NCBI GenBank assembly: GCA_036172245.1 | Contig: JAYWIR010000038.1 | Coordinates: 124,001 to 188,000 of the forward strand | Length of the DNA: 64,000 bases | Source: Raillietiella orientalis | Lineage: Eukaryota | Direction: 5' to 3' | In this document: positions 26,843 through 40,076 of the stretch, one piece after another | How positions within the stretch are numbered: the first letter of the stretch is position 1 | Layout of the letters: every line of letters starts with the position of its first letter | Notes under the pieces: generated by a model | Told to the model about the DNA's origin: nothing | The model's database searches: none | The model's input: the letters and a program-made list of their open reading frames with translations, nothing else | Program-made: the position numbers and the translations under genes

Positions 26843-27855
26843 GTCTAGGCTGACGAACCATCCGTCTAAAAATATTTTTCTTCTTCTATTCGATGCGTTG
26901 AGCCATTTCGTTTCTGAAAAGTAAAAGTCTTCCTTCAAATTAGGCTGCTGGCGTGGCGACTGTTACAGATAAGAATTTAAGAATTCACTTTTGCGATGAT
27001 CAGCAATCATTAAGAATACTCTCTCATCGATGTTCATGTCAAGTGAAAGGCAACGGAAGCGGACAACTGCTTTCACCTTCCGTCTTCGCCTGGTGCTTCC
27101 AGGAGAAATCTCCGGCGAATTCCCTCGGCCACGTCGTTTCGGGCATGCACGTGGCCATGGCAGCGGTTAAACTGAAGTTCTTGGATGAAAGCAGGTTCGG
27201 ATGTTTCCCTCGAGAAACGAGAGCAAGTCGTCGAGGACGCAGGCAAAGGTTGGGGGGTTTCCACCATGTGCCAATTTTGCAAAATGCCCAAATGGAATAT
27301 CGATCGGCGCTCGGTGCTGCTGAGTAACAGGTATCTCCCTGGATCAGGATTTTCGAGAAGCGCTCCAGCTGATCGGAACGCGGGGGAATGGCACTCGTCG
27401 AACTTGCATTCGATGAATGCTTTCAAAGGCATAGGTGGAAGAACCGGGAATGAGAGTGTGAGCTCTTTATCAGTGTTCCGCGCTCGAGGCGCTCAACCGT
27501 CCGCAAGTCCTGGCTTCGAAGGCAAGAGCTCTCCATCCTAAGAAAAGGGCCAGGAAGAGCACTTCTCCTCGGTTTGCAGCCTTGCCTGCTGCAGGAAAAA
27601 TTTAGCGTGGTCGGAACCAATGAACTGAGGATTCGAGCTTCTTTCCATAGAAGATGTTGTCCAGCAGCCTCGCGTACCCATCTGCATGGCCTACGTACAA
27701 CATGGCCGTGCTCCGGAGATTCATTCGACACGATCCGTGGGTTGGCGACCGGAGACGGCGGTAAAGGCGAGCAGCAGTGGGCGAGGATGGATGACTGTCG
27801 TTGGCTGCACTGTCTGTTACGAGTGCGGTGACGCCGGTTCCCGCTGCAGTGTCTC

Positions 27856-30300
27856 ACCCGGATGCTCCGGGGCGTTTATTTCTAAACTATCCAGGAACAA
27901 AGTTCCCAGACAAAGAGTACAGAAGATCGAAGGGTGGGCTCCCCGACGCGGAGGTCGGTAAAACCGAAAGTCCGGAACAGGAGGGAGGGGATCACTAATA
28001 AATATATAAAAAGATAAAAATAAAATGGGGGGACAGGGATCTTTGGCTTCGGCCGTTCCTTTCTTTCAGAACCGGCGTTGGTTGCCGGAGATCTCCTTCC
28101 TCAAGTCTTCTGGAAGATGAGGCCACCTGGCAGCCGACATCATGTTCCCGTCGGCTATTCCTGTGACCTCTCGAAAAATCGCCTGCGAGTCCAGCTGACG
28201 GTGGTCCGTGACGATGGGGCAGGTGCAACAGATCGTTGCGACGACCGCACCTAACGACAGGCCACCTGGCGTGAAGAAGCGGCGCATCAAATCCCTTAAG
28301 GTGTCCCCCTGAAGCAAGAGAGCTGAGGCCAGCCTCCGCCATAGTCCTTGGAGGCCACCGCAGTCGAAGAGCAGGTGCGGGAGCGTTTCCGTTTCTCCTC
28401 ACCGTCCACAGTTCGGGGAGGCAACTCCCCCGGAAACAACGTTCGCGCGCTGGTTGCAATGGAAGCCCCAATACACCAGCAAAAGCACGTCCTGCTTCCA
28501 TGGAAGGGGGAACACAGAGCTGCAGTGTCTGTGGTGGCGTGCGGCTACCAACCTGCTTCGGTCGTGCATCACGGGACGTCGCACGACACGGAAAGCAAGC
28601 ACCCTGAATCCGTGGCACCATGCCTCATTCGGTTCCCTCCCTGCCGTTGGCACTGTGCCAGAATGCGGTGTTTTCAGTAGCGAGTGCAAACGACGCTCGA
28701 TCCGAGACCGATGTCCGCTAGAGATAGGAAGCAAGTTCTTTGCTTCGGGAATGTCGCTTTCGTATCACGAAGAAGCCGTGTGCAAGCACCCGAGTGCTCA
28801 TCCAGATAAAGGCCGAGCCCGCACATCCAGTGTGCTAAAGCAAGCCAGCAGCAAATAATGGTAGTTCGCCGCTACCACATAAGAATTTTTTTGTGTGTGT
28901 GTCTCCAAATACGAGAATCTTTTCAGACAAATGGCTGCTAGCCGGCAACTCGCTCAAGAGATCAGGCAAAACAACCGGCATGAGCTCCGAGAGAATCAAG
29001 GGCGCGCGCAAACCAGGTGAAACGACGCGCCCAGTATCCTGCAGGGCAAGGCCAGTTCTTTAGCGTCCGTTCTAGCGAACTGAGTCCAGACGTCAGACCG
29101 AGGTTTCCGGTGCTCTTCGACAAACCCGCCAATCGAGAACATGTGGCAAAGTAAGCTGAGCTTTTCGTTCGAGTCCGCGACAATTTCTTCCCTTGCTTCC
29201 CCAGGGAGGTGACCGCCTGCTAAACGTGCGACGCCTTCGCGGCAACTGCAGGTGGATATGCGTAAGCTCACCAGAAGTGGATGATGCCACTCTCCCGGTT
29301 ATCATAGCGACGCATCGGCATCTCATTCTTCCTTGATTAGCAAGAAAGGATTCCAGAAACCTGTGACTCCCGAAAAAGACATCCAGATCTCGTGTTGAGA
29401 TCTTCCTCTCCTGGCGTTCTTGAGAAATGGCCGATGTACTCTTCCCGTTGACTTTTGTTCTCAGCAAGGCAAGAAAGACCGGAAGGGCAATGCATTCCAA
29501 GAAGGTGAGGAGATATTCCCTGTGCACACCCTGGGACCGATCACCACGCGTCTGCTAATTAAGGAGGTCCTTTACTGCGTCACTCTGTGCTGACACGGGG
29601 CGTGTGTGCGTGTCGTGTCGCCTGGCACCGACTGCTTCATCTGAAATCAGCTGGTCTCTTCGCACTCATGTCCAATCGGAGACCTGGGGAGCCTGGGCAC
29701 GAATGGCAGAGGGTGCAGAAAGCCGCATAAATCTCCGACAGCTCCAAGCTCCAAGCAGATCTGCACGGGATGACGGGACGAGTTCCTCGTGCTTCAGGAG
29801 TATGACAGAGAAAGCGAGCAAAAAGAGAGCAGTTTTCCAGGCTTGCAGTGTATTCGAGCGAAGAGTGGGGGACTCGATATTCTTACACGTGTGAATGCGA
29901 AAGAGAGTCGATCTATGGCCCAGAAAACCTCACGCTTGCATCCGTGGGAAATCAGAAGATGGTTCTAACAAATGAGGCGAAGTTAGGAACCATAGGACCG
30001 CTGGTGGTTTCACTCTCATCAGCACGTCGGTTGCCAGCGTCTGGCTTTGTTTTTTCGTCTTTGTTTTTCGAAACCATCCTACTGTGCCATGCAGCTGTAG
30101 CGTCAACGAGTACGTAGAAATCAATCAGGCTCCCCGAACGAATCGGGTGACGTCAACCTGAGTAAGCAGCAGACATGGCGAGTAAGGAAGCGTTCTGTGT
30201 CGCAAAGAACTACAGCAACCCTGCGGGGAAACGGGCTTTGTGATCAGACATTTCTGGAACTGGCTACGGGAACACTTCCAGCCGCACGGGATGTGCTTGC
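27856..30300 (-). mobile_element. Decayed L1/Tx1-like LINE, RT to 3' end
   Basis: Minus strand: KVNGKSTSAI..ER (RT-like, 29093-29527), ..CRILGASF (KYLG-like, ~29030), LPLPWKQDVLLLVYWGFHCNQR..CGR then ETLPHLLFDC (zinc motif, 28360-28510). Followed by a T-rich 3' UTR and the terminal motif at 27856-27880. 5' end approximate. Confidence 0.65.
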
Positions 30301-31939
30301 CAGCAGCTTCTAACATCGGTAGAGGAGCTTAAGTGGGGTCCTAGACCAGGACTGCCGCGAGCTGCAGCCCATTGAGATTTTTTGGGCTTGGGCTATGAGC
30401 AAACCACCAGGTGGGGCTTTTCACCAGGTGTCACGCCGTGCGCTCGCGCCTCTTTCTCTTTGTAACGGCGCGTGTAGCCCCAGAGCAGCACGGCCGCTGC
30501 GCTTCGTAAAAATCAAAATGGCGGGAAAAGAGAACGCGGAGGGGAAACCCTGTGAATGCAATGGGTCGAGGTTGTCCCGCGATCGCGGACATCGCAAAGT
30601 TATGGGAAACCCCGGCGATGGAGTGATTTTTTTTTTTTTTTTAGGGTTCTCACTTTCGAGGACAACAAATGCGGGGAGTCGGTTTCAACCGGCACACAGA
30701 CGCCGTTTCCCGCCCACGCACGCAGGGGTGCCAACTTGGCGAGACAAAAGGATCGGCAGGATTTGTTTTTACCCGATCGCGCGGCGGCCTTTTTCTCTCG
30801 GAACAAGCAAACGTTCGAAGTCAGGAAGGAGATTTCCTAACGTCTCGGGTCCACCTGAAGGGCAATGCTCTCAGCAGGGTGTTTCTCCAGGGAGGGACTG
30901 GAGTTATAATGGGAGAAGGAAGAAACAATGAACAAAAATTAATAAGTATATCGGGGAACGGAAGAGTCGCCAGGATGCACCTCTGAGCCTACGGACGATG
31001 CTCTCCCTGGCTTCCTATTTACGAATGAGGCTGATTCCCGATTGCTCATGCCATGGAAGTGGCCAAGAGGACAGCCCCTCCGATGGTGCTGATGTTGTTC
31101 TGAGCCAGAGGTGTGCTACCACGATGCCACGCGTGTAGCAGGGTATGGAGCGACAATTGCGGCGAAGGGCAGCTCCTGCGGGAGGCGGAACAGCTTTGCC
31201 AGGTCCTCTGGAGTCCGAAGTCAGGAGGTGCTAGTGCCGCTGACTCATCGTGGGCTGCTCCCTGAGGAGTACGGAACCTTCCGCCCCAATCGGGAGAGCA
31301 TCACTCCCTCATCCATTCTGAAGCTCAGAGGAACTGCCCGTCTTCCATCCATGTCCTTAAGGTAGTGACATCCACACCAGCTGCGCTGTGGTCCATCCTC
31401 CGAGGAGTTCTGTGGTTCTGATCTCTGGTCCTCTCTGCCTGTGGTTGGCAACTGTTGCCCCTCCCCTGGGCATCAGCACAATCGACCAAGGGCTCGTCGG
31501 AAGCGCAGCACGTGTCCTCAAGGGCTTACTTTCTTCGAAATGAGGTCTTTGAGAGAAGTCCTCCCGGGATGACGGAGCACGGACCTTCCGGGATCGCCGT
31601 GAGGGAAAGTGCCAAGGGCGGCGGAAGACCCGTCGATCCTCCTGGAGGGAGACTACGGAGGGGTCCCTGCACACGCGCATCCTCTGAGTACATGGGGAAC
31701 ACCAGGAGGAAAAGAGCATCAATCATGAAAGAAACCGCCAACGGACGATGGAAATCCTTGGGTTCTTCTTCTTCTGTCTTCGCTGTTTTCCTTCCAGCTT
31801 TTTTTTTTTTTTAAGAGTTTTCTTTTTTTTTTTTTGGTTCGCCAAGTACCTCGGAGCCGGTCGCGTGCCTCGCGGCGCACGTGGCTCTTTTTAAACATTA
31901 AACACATTGTTTTGTTTTGACGCCTCTCCGCCCGCGGCA

Positions 31940-32780
31940 ACCCGCAGGGGGCGTGTAATTCTTTAGTGTGATTCTTCAGGATAGGGGGCACCCCGGGATG
32001 GGGGTCCGCCCTATGAATCCAGGAAGGGCTCGGAGTCCGTTCCTCTCACGCTTGGGGGTGGATCCCCCCCGGACGGGGGGACCGCACCTCCCACCCTTGT
32101 TGTCTCCGAAGGGGAATCCCGAAGGGAATCTCCTTCCTCATTCTCTCCGGAATAACAACTCCCTAATGGGGGGTCTTCTCCATTTCAACTTCTCCGAAGG
32201 GAACCCGGAAAGGATCCGCTTGTAGGAATTTCTTCTCCGGAAGGAACCCGCAAGGGAACCGCTCCTGTTCACTCCTCTGAAGAGAACCCCGAAGGGATGC
32301 TTCCGAAACTCAGAAGGGGTGCTGCAGCTTCCCTCAGGGAATCGCTCTCGCTTGCTTCCTTGTGCACTCTGTGAAGAGGCGACGATTCGGAGGGTCCTCC
32401 CCGCAACGGGCAGGGTCCGCTCCTTTGAACAACTGGAGAGGTGCTCCATCTTGAAACCGGAGGGGTCCCCTAGTGACGGGGGTCCGCTCTCCGTTGCACA
32501 CCGAAGGGGGAACTCCCCACTCCTTTATTCCTGGGAGGATCCGAAGGTCGAGTCCCATTGTGCCAGCCTTCATCGGGAGGACGCCGGCTTTATCCACTGC
32601 CGGGGTCACGCCCGAATGTCTCGGCCAATCAGTGCCATTGCAGGGGAAACTCGGAACCCAACGACGCAGTGGCGTCAGTTTCTGCCGAAGTATTCGAACC
32701 TGCGACGCAAGAGCCACGCGCGGAAGCCTTAACCACAAAGCCTCCGACGCGGGCGACTCCGCCTCTTTCTTCCAGCAGAC
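31940..32780 (-). repeat. Dispersed repeat matching 6745-7290, with an internal degenerate minisatellite
   Basis: Shares blocks with 6745-7290. The extra segment ~32040-32320 is built of ctccgaagggaacccg-like units. Confidence 0.7.
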
Positions 32781-33599
32781 CTCGGAAAAGCGAAGCGGCC
32801 GGAAGAGTGTGAGAAGGCCGTCTCGAGGCTTTTTCTTCAGCCGTCTAGGAAGGGGAAGTCCACCAGTAATCAACCGAGGTCTCCAGCTGAGGTCATCATC
32901 ATCTCTCGTGCCGCGGCACCTTTGTCACAAATCCCGCCTCGCGTCCTGCGGGCGAGCCAGCAGCATCCCGAAGAACGCAAAAGAGCACCCGAAGCAGGGA
33001 CTCTCACTTTCTGGAAGGGTCCGAGGAGCAAGAAGCGAATACAAGACCCATCCCGGGCGTTCGTCCGGGATGGCGAGGAGTGGAAGAGAAGAAGTACCTT
33101 CCGCTCGGCTGCTCCACCCACATCTCAGTGGGTGCACACGTCACGCATGGGGTTCCAAGAGGACAAGAGAGGAGGGAAGGATCTCAGACGCTTTTCTTTC
33201 AAGGGTTCTTGGGAGGACAGAGAGAAGAAGGGTGGAGACGCCAAGTTTCCCTCCCCAACCGAACCGCGACCACGCTGGCCCTGACATGGCCCGAGCCCTT
33301 GCTACATGCAGCGCTTCTGCTGCCGACGGTGACGCCTCTCGGCGTATGAGCGGTCTCCTCCTCTTCGGTTAGAGAGGAGGAAAGATGAGAGGGGTGTCAT
33401 GGGGTCTCTCGAGAGCACTTCCCGCTGGGACCCTTCTAGAATCCCTGGAACCGGGAACGGGATGGGACTCGATTGGCCTGTAATGAGAGCAGCTTGTGGG
33501 TCTCCATGCGGGGGTTTCCAGCTCAGGGAATAGGGTGCCTTGTGCCTTGGGGATCAGCAAGGGAGGCGCGTCCCTAAAAGATCCCCTAGCGGTTCCTGG

Positions 33600-34045
33600 C
33601 CGTGGGCGACTTCTGCGCAACAGAGCTGTGGTCCGACAGCCTCCCAAAAGCAGAGAGAGCCCTCGTCCCGTTCCCGAAGGGCGGGCTGTACCTCCCTCTG
33701 GAACCGGAACCTTTTTGTCGTCACCTCTCCTCCTACCCTTTGTTTTTGTCTTTGTTTCTCTCCCGTCAAGGCGGGGCAGAGGCCGAAGGGTTGTCGAGGA
33801 AGGTCCTTCGGTGCACCTCGCGGCCCCGTGTCCGCCCGAAGGACATCCCAGCCCCACGGTGGGATGTCGGTCTCGGCATCGGGACGTGGGGAAGGTCACG
33901 AACTGCAGCTCCGTTTCCAAAGACTCGCCCTGATGGAGAGGGTGCGGAGGTAGCAGTCGCGCCCCCCCGCTCGCCGCATTCTCGGGCAGGCGGCCGGTTG
34001 CGAGGGACCGGCGGCCCTGCTCCTTAGCGACCGGAGGAGGATGGA
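33600..34045 (+). repeat. Direct repeat of 47880-48325
   Basis: Near-identical run cctccctctggaaccggaacc...ggacatcccagccccacggtgggatgtcgg...tgatggagagggtgcggagg. Matching translated ORFs (PPSGTGTFLSSPLLLPFVFVFVSLPSRRGRG) at both sites. Confidence 0.93.
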
Positions 34046-34895
34046 GCTCTTTTATGCCTGGGTTCGCCGGACCCCCATTTCTTAAAATAGACATACGTCG
34101 ACTTTTCCTGATGGAAAAGTAGGTCTCCAAATCTAACGGGTCGTCGAGAAGTGAACAGAGTTAGTCGGGGTCCGTGGAGGGAGAGGCGGATCTTGAGGGG
34201 GATGGAGCGTCATCACCGGGAAACGGTCAGTCTGCTTGCATCTGCATCCAGCTCCTCGCGGTTCCTCGCATCCGATTGCGTCCCTCTGCGTGCTGATTTC
34301 GGTCGCCTTTGGCACGTCTGGAGGACGTCCGCCTTTCGGCAGGTCCTGGAGAGCCAAGTCCGGAAAAGACGAACCGAGCGCCACTTTTTCCCAGCGTCCC
34401 CAAGCCGGTCCCGTGCGTTCGATCAGCATGCGGGGGAAGGTCTCTTCTTTCCCGTATCTCCCTCACGGGGGTTTGGCCGTCCCTTGAGGCGCTTGAGCAT
34501 CAAGGAACGGCCAAACCTTGAGAGAGATCGTTCCTTGGAAGACCCCAGTGTATCGCAAGTGCCAGGATGTGTTGCACTTCCACGGGGATCCATGACGCTT
34601 CCAGGAAGAGGGGTGGAGTTGTCACCACTCTCAACATACCAGCCCACCTCTGCAGTCCTCTCGCTGCTGTGTTACTCCGCACGGCCGCTGCTACGCGGGT
34701 TGTTGCCTCCGTGAGCCAGGTTCATGTCCAACTGACGGATTCTTGGGAATCAGAGCTGTTCTTTAGAGCGTGGAGCATTCTCGAGAGGCGGCTGTGCTTG
34801 CTTGCCTGAGGCGCGCCCCAGGGTACTGTTGCTCCTATCCGATGCTGGACCCCTTGATCTTGGTGAGCCTTTCCTTAGAGATCCGGCTCTCCGCG
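33965..34895 (+). repeat. Inverted repeat of 57540-58470 (about 0.9 kb, high identity)
   Basis: ORF track shows near-identical translations on opposite strands (34151-34714 + vs 57724-58287 -; 34133-34429 - vs 58009-58305 +). Confidence 0.95.
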
Positions 34896-35149
34896 CTCGT
34901 GTTGCGGATCCAGAACTTGATCCCGAAAAATTCTTGCGGATCACCACGAAACTTCTCCCACTTGGTCTCTTCCTCACTGCTTTCGCTGTCGCGGAAGGAC
35001 AGCATCCCTTCCGTGCACGTCCAGGTTTGACGGCAAAGGGCGCGGTGGTGGAGGCTGTGAGCCGCAGGTGAGCCGACCACCCCTCGCGCTAGGCCACTTT
35101 CTGGAGCCGTCTCCGAAACAGCGACCAGGAGACGCGCTGTCTGCTTGAT

Positions 35150-35700
35150 AATCGTCAGGTTTCCTTCCTGTCACGGAGGGCCGGCGATCTGGCTGCCACG
35201 AAACGCTGGAACGGAGGTCCAACCTGCTGGGTCTAGAGGAACCGAACTTCCGCGTTTTCCGTCGGCGCTTGTACGCTACTCTACCACTGTTGACCCTCCA
35301 CACCAACTCCGTTCTCTTTCTGCACTGGAGCCTGCACTACAGTGCTAGGAGGCACCACGAAAGGAGCATACGCGTGGTTACGAACTGCAGTCGATGCAGC
35401 TGGAAAGAAACTCTGCCGCACATGCTAATCGAGTTCCCGGGGGTGCGGCTGGTATGGGAACAGCTGTCCCAGGCCATTGTCTTCCGTGAGACAGTGCCAC
35501 GGATATCCTTTGGCGCTTCTTCCAACGCAACGGGCTCTCTGAATCTGCGGCGATCGCAGTGCTCTGCCTCATCCGCGGAATAGCTGTCCAAGAATGCGCC
35601 TGGAACTACGTCACAGGAAGTTATCGGCGCGTGGAGCATTGCTCTCCCCCTGCTCCGCAAATCCCTGCGATGGTCCTCGCTTCCTCCAGCAACTCCAGGC
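35150..35700 (+). mobile_element. LINE ORF2 3' fragment (zinc-motif region)
   Basis: LFLHWSLHYSARRHH...CSRCSWKETLPHMLIEFPGVRLVWEQL (35269-35583) matches LLLHWGLPCNARRFH..CARCGEQESLPHLIVDC..LWE of the 59-kb copy. Confidence 0.7.
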
Positions 35701-36454
35701 TGGAAATTGCGGGTATCCTCCGTCGCATATAGTCTAGGGCGTCCGGTCTAGTCAGAACCCCCCGCTTATTCCCCTTTATTCCTCCTCTTCCCCCGATCTC
35801 CTCCCTTGACATTCCACCCCCTCCGGACTCCTGACCACATGGGTATGGCGGCGGCCCAAGCCTGCTATACATCCATCACCGATCACCACTGTACAAGTCG
35901 CACTTGTATGCTTATTTACTCTCGGAATGAACGGCCCTGCGTGCGATGGGGTTCGGCAGCAGCAGCAGGGGGGCACGCTGGGTGCTGCTGCTGCTTCTGC
36001 GTGCTGGATCCATCTGGCCGTCTCCTCCGTGGCAAGCAAACTGCGAGTATCGATTTGCCGGGGTCCACGTGCCATCCGCATGACACACTGAGATGACTTC
36101 TTGGAAAGAGATCGCGCATTCGTCTTCACCGCCTCCCGTGCATGCAGAAAACCCACATTCCGATTCACATTCCGTTCCATCATCGACCCGCGCTGTACAT
36201 TCTGAAGGAACGGTAAGAAAATAAAAAAGAAGCAAAATCGCAAATCACAACGTGAGCGGTTTTGCGTTTGTCAACCTGTCTTTTTAAAAAACAAAAACAC
36301 GCACGCACACATATCGCAGCGATTTTCCGTGCGGAGAAAAGACGTTGCTAAGCATGTGAGGAGTGCATAAGATTCAGATGGGTAACTTCCGGTAATCGAA
36401 TGATGACAAATCGTTGCAGCACTCACGCTGGCGAGAGCCGCGCCGAGGCCGGGG

Positions 36455-36545
36455 AGCGCGCGCGAAAGGTTCCCGCGCGTTCCGCGTATCCAATCAAAAC
36501 TCTCGGCATCCGCGACGATCGTCCGCATCGATCGCGGGTATTTAA
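36455..36545 (+). promoter_or_regulatory. H2A promoter: E2F-like sites, CCAAT (36490-36494), TATA-like TATTTAA (36539-36545)
   Basis: CpG-rich gcgcgcgaaa/ttcccgcg, ccaat and tatttaa lie 95-185 nt upstream of the ATG. Confidence 0.55.
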
Positions 36546-36638
36546 GCTCCGCCACAAGGCGATGGGGCGTCATAGCGTGGGTCGCCGCGTGAGTGAGTAC
36601 GTGAGTGTCGACGACGATAGTGCGGGTTGATAGTCGCA

Positions 36639-37013
36639 ATGTCTGCAAGAGGGCAAGTTTCCAAAGTGAAGGGCAAGTCCAAGTCTCGCTCCAACCGTGC
36701 CGGCCTGCAGTTTCCGGTCGGTCGTGTCCACCGGCTTCTGCGCAAGGGCAACTATGCTGACCGCGTGGGGGCGGGAGCGCCCGTGTATTTGTCCGCGGTC
36801 ATGGAGTACCTGGCTGCCGAAGTTCTGGAACTGGCAGGAAATGCGGCTCGGGACAATAAGAAGTCTCGCATCATCCCGCGCCACTTGCAGCTGGCCATGC
36901 GCAATGATGAAGAGCTAAACAAGTTGATTTCTGGGGTAACGATCGCCCAAGGAGGTGTGTTACCCAATATCCAGACAGTACTGCTCCCCAAAAAAGCGGA
37001 GAGAAAAGCTTGA
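36639..37013 (+). CDS. H2A: Histone H2A, replication-dependent type, divergent (124 aa)
   Basis: Intronless [39 protein letters not shown]...[23 protein letters not shown], followed by a histone stem-loop. Confidence 0.98.
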   Translation: MSARGQVSKVKGKSKSRSNRAGLQFPVGRVHRLLRKGNYADRVGAGAPVYLSAVMEYLAAEVLELAGNAARDNKKSRIIPRHLQLAMRNDEELNKLISGVTIAQGGVLPNIQTVLLPKKAERKA

Positions 37014-37030
37014 ACGCATCCTCCGATGAA

Positions 37031-37070
37031 GGCCCTTCTTAGGGCCACTACTTATTTTAGAAGGGTTGCT
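37031..37070 (+). promoter_or_regulatory. Histone 3' stem-loop (37031-37046) and purine-rich downstream element
   Basis: ggccct-tctt-agggcc 18 nt after the stop, then agaagggttg. Confidence 0.9.
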
Positions 37071-37099
37071 ACTTGCGAAGTACCAATCTTGCTGGTAGA

Positions 37100-39900
37100 G
37101 GCGGAAAGTTCCTTGCGACGGCAGGAAAGCAGATGGATCTGCGTGTTCGTACCATTCCTCAACAGCCTACCTTTTGGCTTCCATTCTTCGGGATGGAACC
37201 ACCCCCAAGGTCCCCTCAGGCTGAATACAAGGCGGTGCAGCTCAGCTGTTCGGGGAAGCCCCTGGGAGGGAAAAGCGCTGCTGCATGGTACATCTTTGGG
37301 GAGAGCATCGGTCTCCAAATGCAGCGAGGCGACCGCCCATGACGTGAAGCTGGAGAACGGCGGGTCTGCATCCGCGGCGACTTACGGCCGCAGCAGGCAG
37401 GAGTGCCCAAGCTTCGACTTCACGCTTCCTGCCCGGTCCCTCCGAGGCGTTCGAAATGACGTTGGCGCATGCCGGGAGGGAGTAGGCTTGTTCCAAGGAC
37501 CCAAGCTAATCCGTTTCCCGGAGTTACTCAGACGAAAATGGGAAAGGAGGAGGGGGAGTCATAAGCCGCTGGGCACTGATGTTCTGGTCCGGACCTCCGG
37601 GCTCCTTACTCCCTGCCGATCTAGGTGCTCGGATTTGGATGCTGCTTGGAGCTCTGTCCTGGCTACTTGGAGGACGCCGTGTCGTTCCCGTTTGAGTTCC
37701 AGGAGTCTCTTCCCGGTGACGGCCATGGCCGCCAGTCTCGAGAGAGCGCGCTGTCTGAGGAATTTATTCGGCGGGCCTTTTGGTTCCGTACTGCACTCTC
37801 TGGAAAGCAGGAGATTCGTCCCGTCTGACACCTTGTCTGCGCTGCATTCTCACCCTGCGAGGCGGCGTCCCCCTGGTAACCCCAGCAGCTTGCGTAAGCT
37901 CCCCTGCCCCAGCGGAAGACGCTCTCGCAATAGCGTTGCCGGTGGGCGCTTCAGTGGCTGAACCGGGACGTCGACCGAACGAGAGCAGGGGGAAGGCCAT
38001 GTCGTTTCGAAGGCAGCGCGTGTTCCGAAGGGGCGAAAGGTCATTGGGCGTCCTTCCCTGGAAACGGGGACTGACTCCTGCGGCCTCACGGAGAGCGCAG
38101 GAAGGCCTGCCGACGCCGCTGCGGCAGCTGTCGCGAAGAGGAAGACGTGCCGCCGTGGCACGTCGCGGATGTGGCATGAGGGAGGAAGTGCCAAAGTGCC
38201 TGGTCTCGTGTGCGGAGGGGACCTTCAGGGGAGGTTCTCGGGAGCGCCGTCCAGGTGCGCAGGGCCCCTCTCCACGCGCTCCCACCCCAAAGCGAAGCAC
38301 AACGCGGTCGGTCAACCCGCGAGAGATGGCCTCCCGTGCCTGACCTGGTTCCGGGTGGTCTTCCGGAACATGGGCGGAAATCCCGCGTCTATCGGGTCCA
38401 CCGGGAGCGACTGGTCAGCCAGGTTGCACCGACGAGAGAGCCGCCGTGGAATTGAGGTCAGCGATCGGGCACGGCTGCGTCCGAGGTCTATCCGGATCGG
38501 GAGAGAGGTCGAGCGCTCGCAACGGAGCGATTCACGTGTTCCGGCGTGTTCAGCGCACTTCCAACCGGAAGCGCGGGGACACGGTAGGATACAGGCAGAG
38601 GCGGGATGGGAGGCACTCAACATCCGCCTGTTGGGGTCTCTCCTTCCCTTAAAAAACAACCGACTGCTCCTGCCGAAGAGGGTAGCAATATGGGACATGC
38701 TTCTAAGATGAAACCCTTGCTCTCTGTGTGCCCCATTCCAAAGGCAGTTCGGAGTCGGATCCGGGCTACCATGCGCAAGGCTCTCTGGGGCAACTCCAGA
38801 TCCAAGATCCGTCTGAAGAACTTGATAGGATCAAAATCCAATTTAGGATTGGACAGAGGTCTCTCGCCAGAGATTCTCAGTACCCAGCTAACCCTCAAGA
38901 AACTGTCTCTGGCGGCAGAGAGATGGTCAGAACATTGTCTTCTCTTTGCGAGGCAGATGATGCAAAACATCCACGGCAATCTTAGCCTGAAAAGTGAAGA
39001 TACCCGCCTCCGCTGAAGGAAATGGCGGCTGAGATAACATGGGAACCCGCCAACTATAAGGCCTTTCAGTGAACAACGGTAGGATAATGGCTCCAATCCA
39101 ACCAAGAAGAACCACAAGACTCGCGACGTTGGAGGTGAATACGCCATCTGAAGGTTCGAGAAGTGGAGGTGTCCGCCAGAGCTCGAGCTAGGTGGACCGG
39201 CACACAACTAGCTCAAAAAGTGCCTAAAATCAAGCACAGGAACGATTGTGCACAGCCCACCCAATGGGCACCATCATGACTCGGGGCAGGGCAGAAAAAT
39301 ACCAATACGCTGTTGCAAGCCCTTTGCACTTGCGGCAGCGCCACAACCAAAGCAAGTCCGCCACGGACTTGGACGCTGGGCACACCAACTAAACGTACCC
39401 GTCGCAACATTGGACGTTCCGTCCATCTACGCACACGACAAAGTGGTGCCACTCAAAGCTCAGCACCTTCTGGCATTACTAATCCATTGGCGAGTGCCCA
39501 AGAACGAGCAGATGCATCACATCACTCAAGTTGAAAAGTCTAAACTGTAGTAGGTCTGGAAGAAATCGTCTAGCTATTCATCCAATGCCCAGCGTTGGAA
39601 GAGGATAGCGCTCAGCCTGTCACTTCTAGATTTGATTACAAAGGAGCTGTAGAAGAGATTCTTCCGCAAGAACAGGATCACGAAAGCATCGACCTTAGCG
39701 ATATTCTGCTACCTAAGAGCAGTAATCATCGCCTGATACATACTGGAAAAAGAGGACCGTCACGAGATCTCCAGATATGTGAACGTTTGCTAATGGCAGC
39801 GCGAAAGTGGTCCCACCCAAGTAGCAGGAACAGAGAAGAACTTCACGGAATTGCGAAGCCCATACCCCGGTGATCTCCTCCGTCCCACCCCATTTCCATC
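37100..39900 (+). mobile_element. Decayed L1/Tx1-like LINE ORF2 between H2A and H2B
   Basis: KPLLSVCPIPKAVRSRIRATMRKALWGNSRSKIRLKNL...LGL (38606-39016) aligns with RPLLFSCPPT..LRKFLWGKGRSRVRLKSI..AGLG of the 52-kb copy. LALLIHWRVPKNE (39248-39550) is the pre-zinc motif. The 5' part is much more degenerate and its start is approximate. Confidence 0.65.
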
Positions 39901-40076
39901 CTTCCCCAAGCACGGGCCCACCCACTATTTGCGGAACTCATAAGATGTAAGATGTATCTTTTCCGTTACGGAAAAGACCTGTAAGTTTATATTGAGGGCA
40001 GGAAACTTCCCCGCGCAACCGGGTAGGAAGACCGCGAAAGCGACGGATCCGCGACTCGGAGGAGGGAAAGCTTCCG

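Noticed and set aside
34151..34714. 187-aa ORF preserved in both inverted copies (also 57724-58287)
   Set aside because: The copies are so similar that ORF retention is uninformative. It has a non-ATG start and no recognisable motif.
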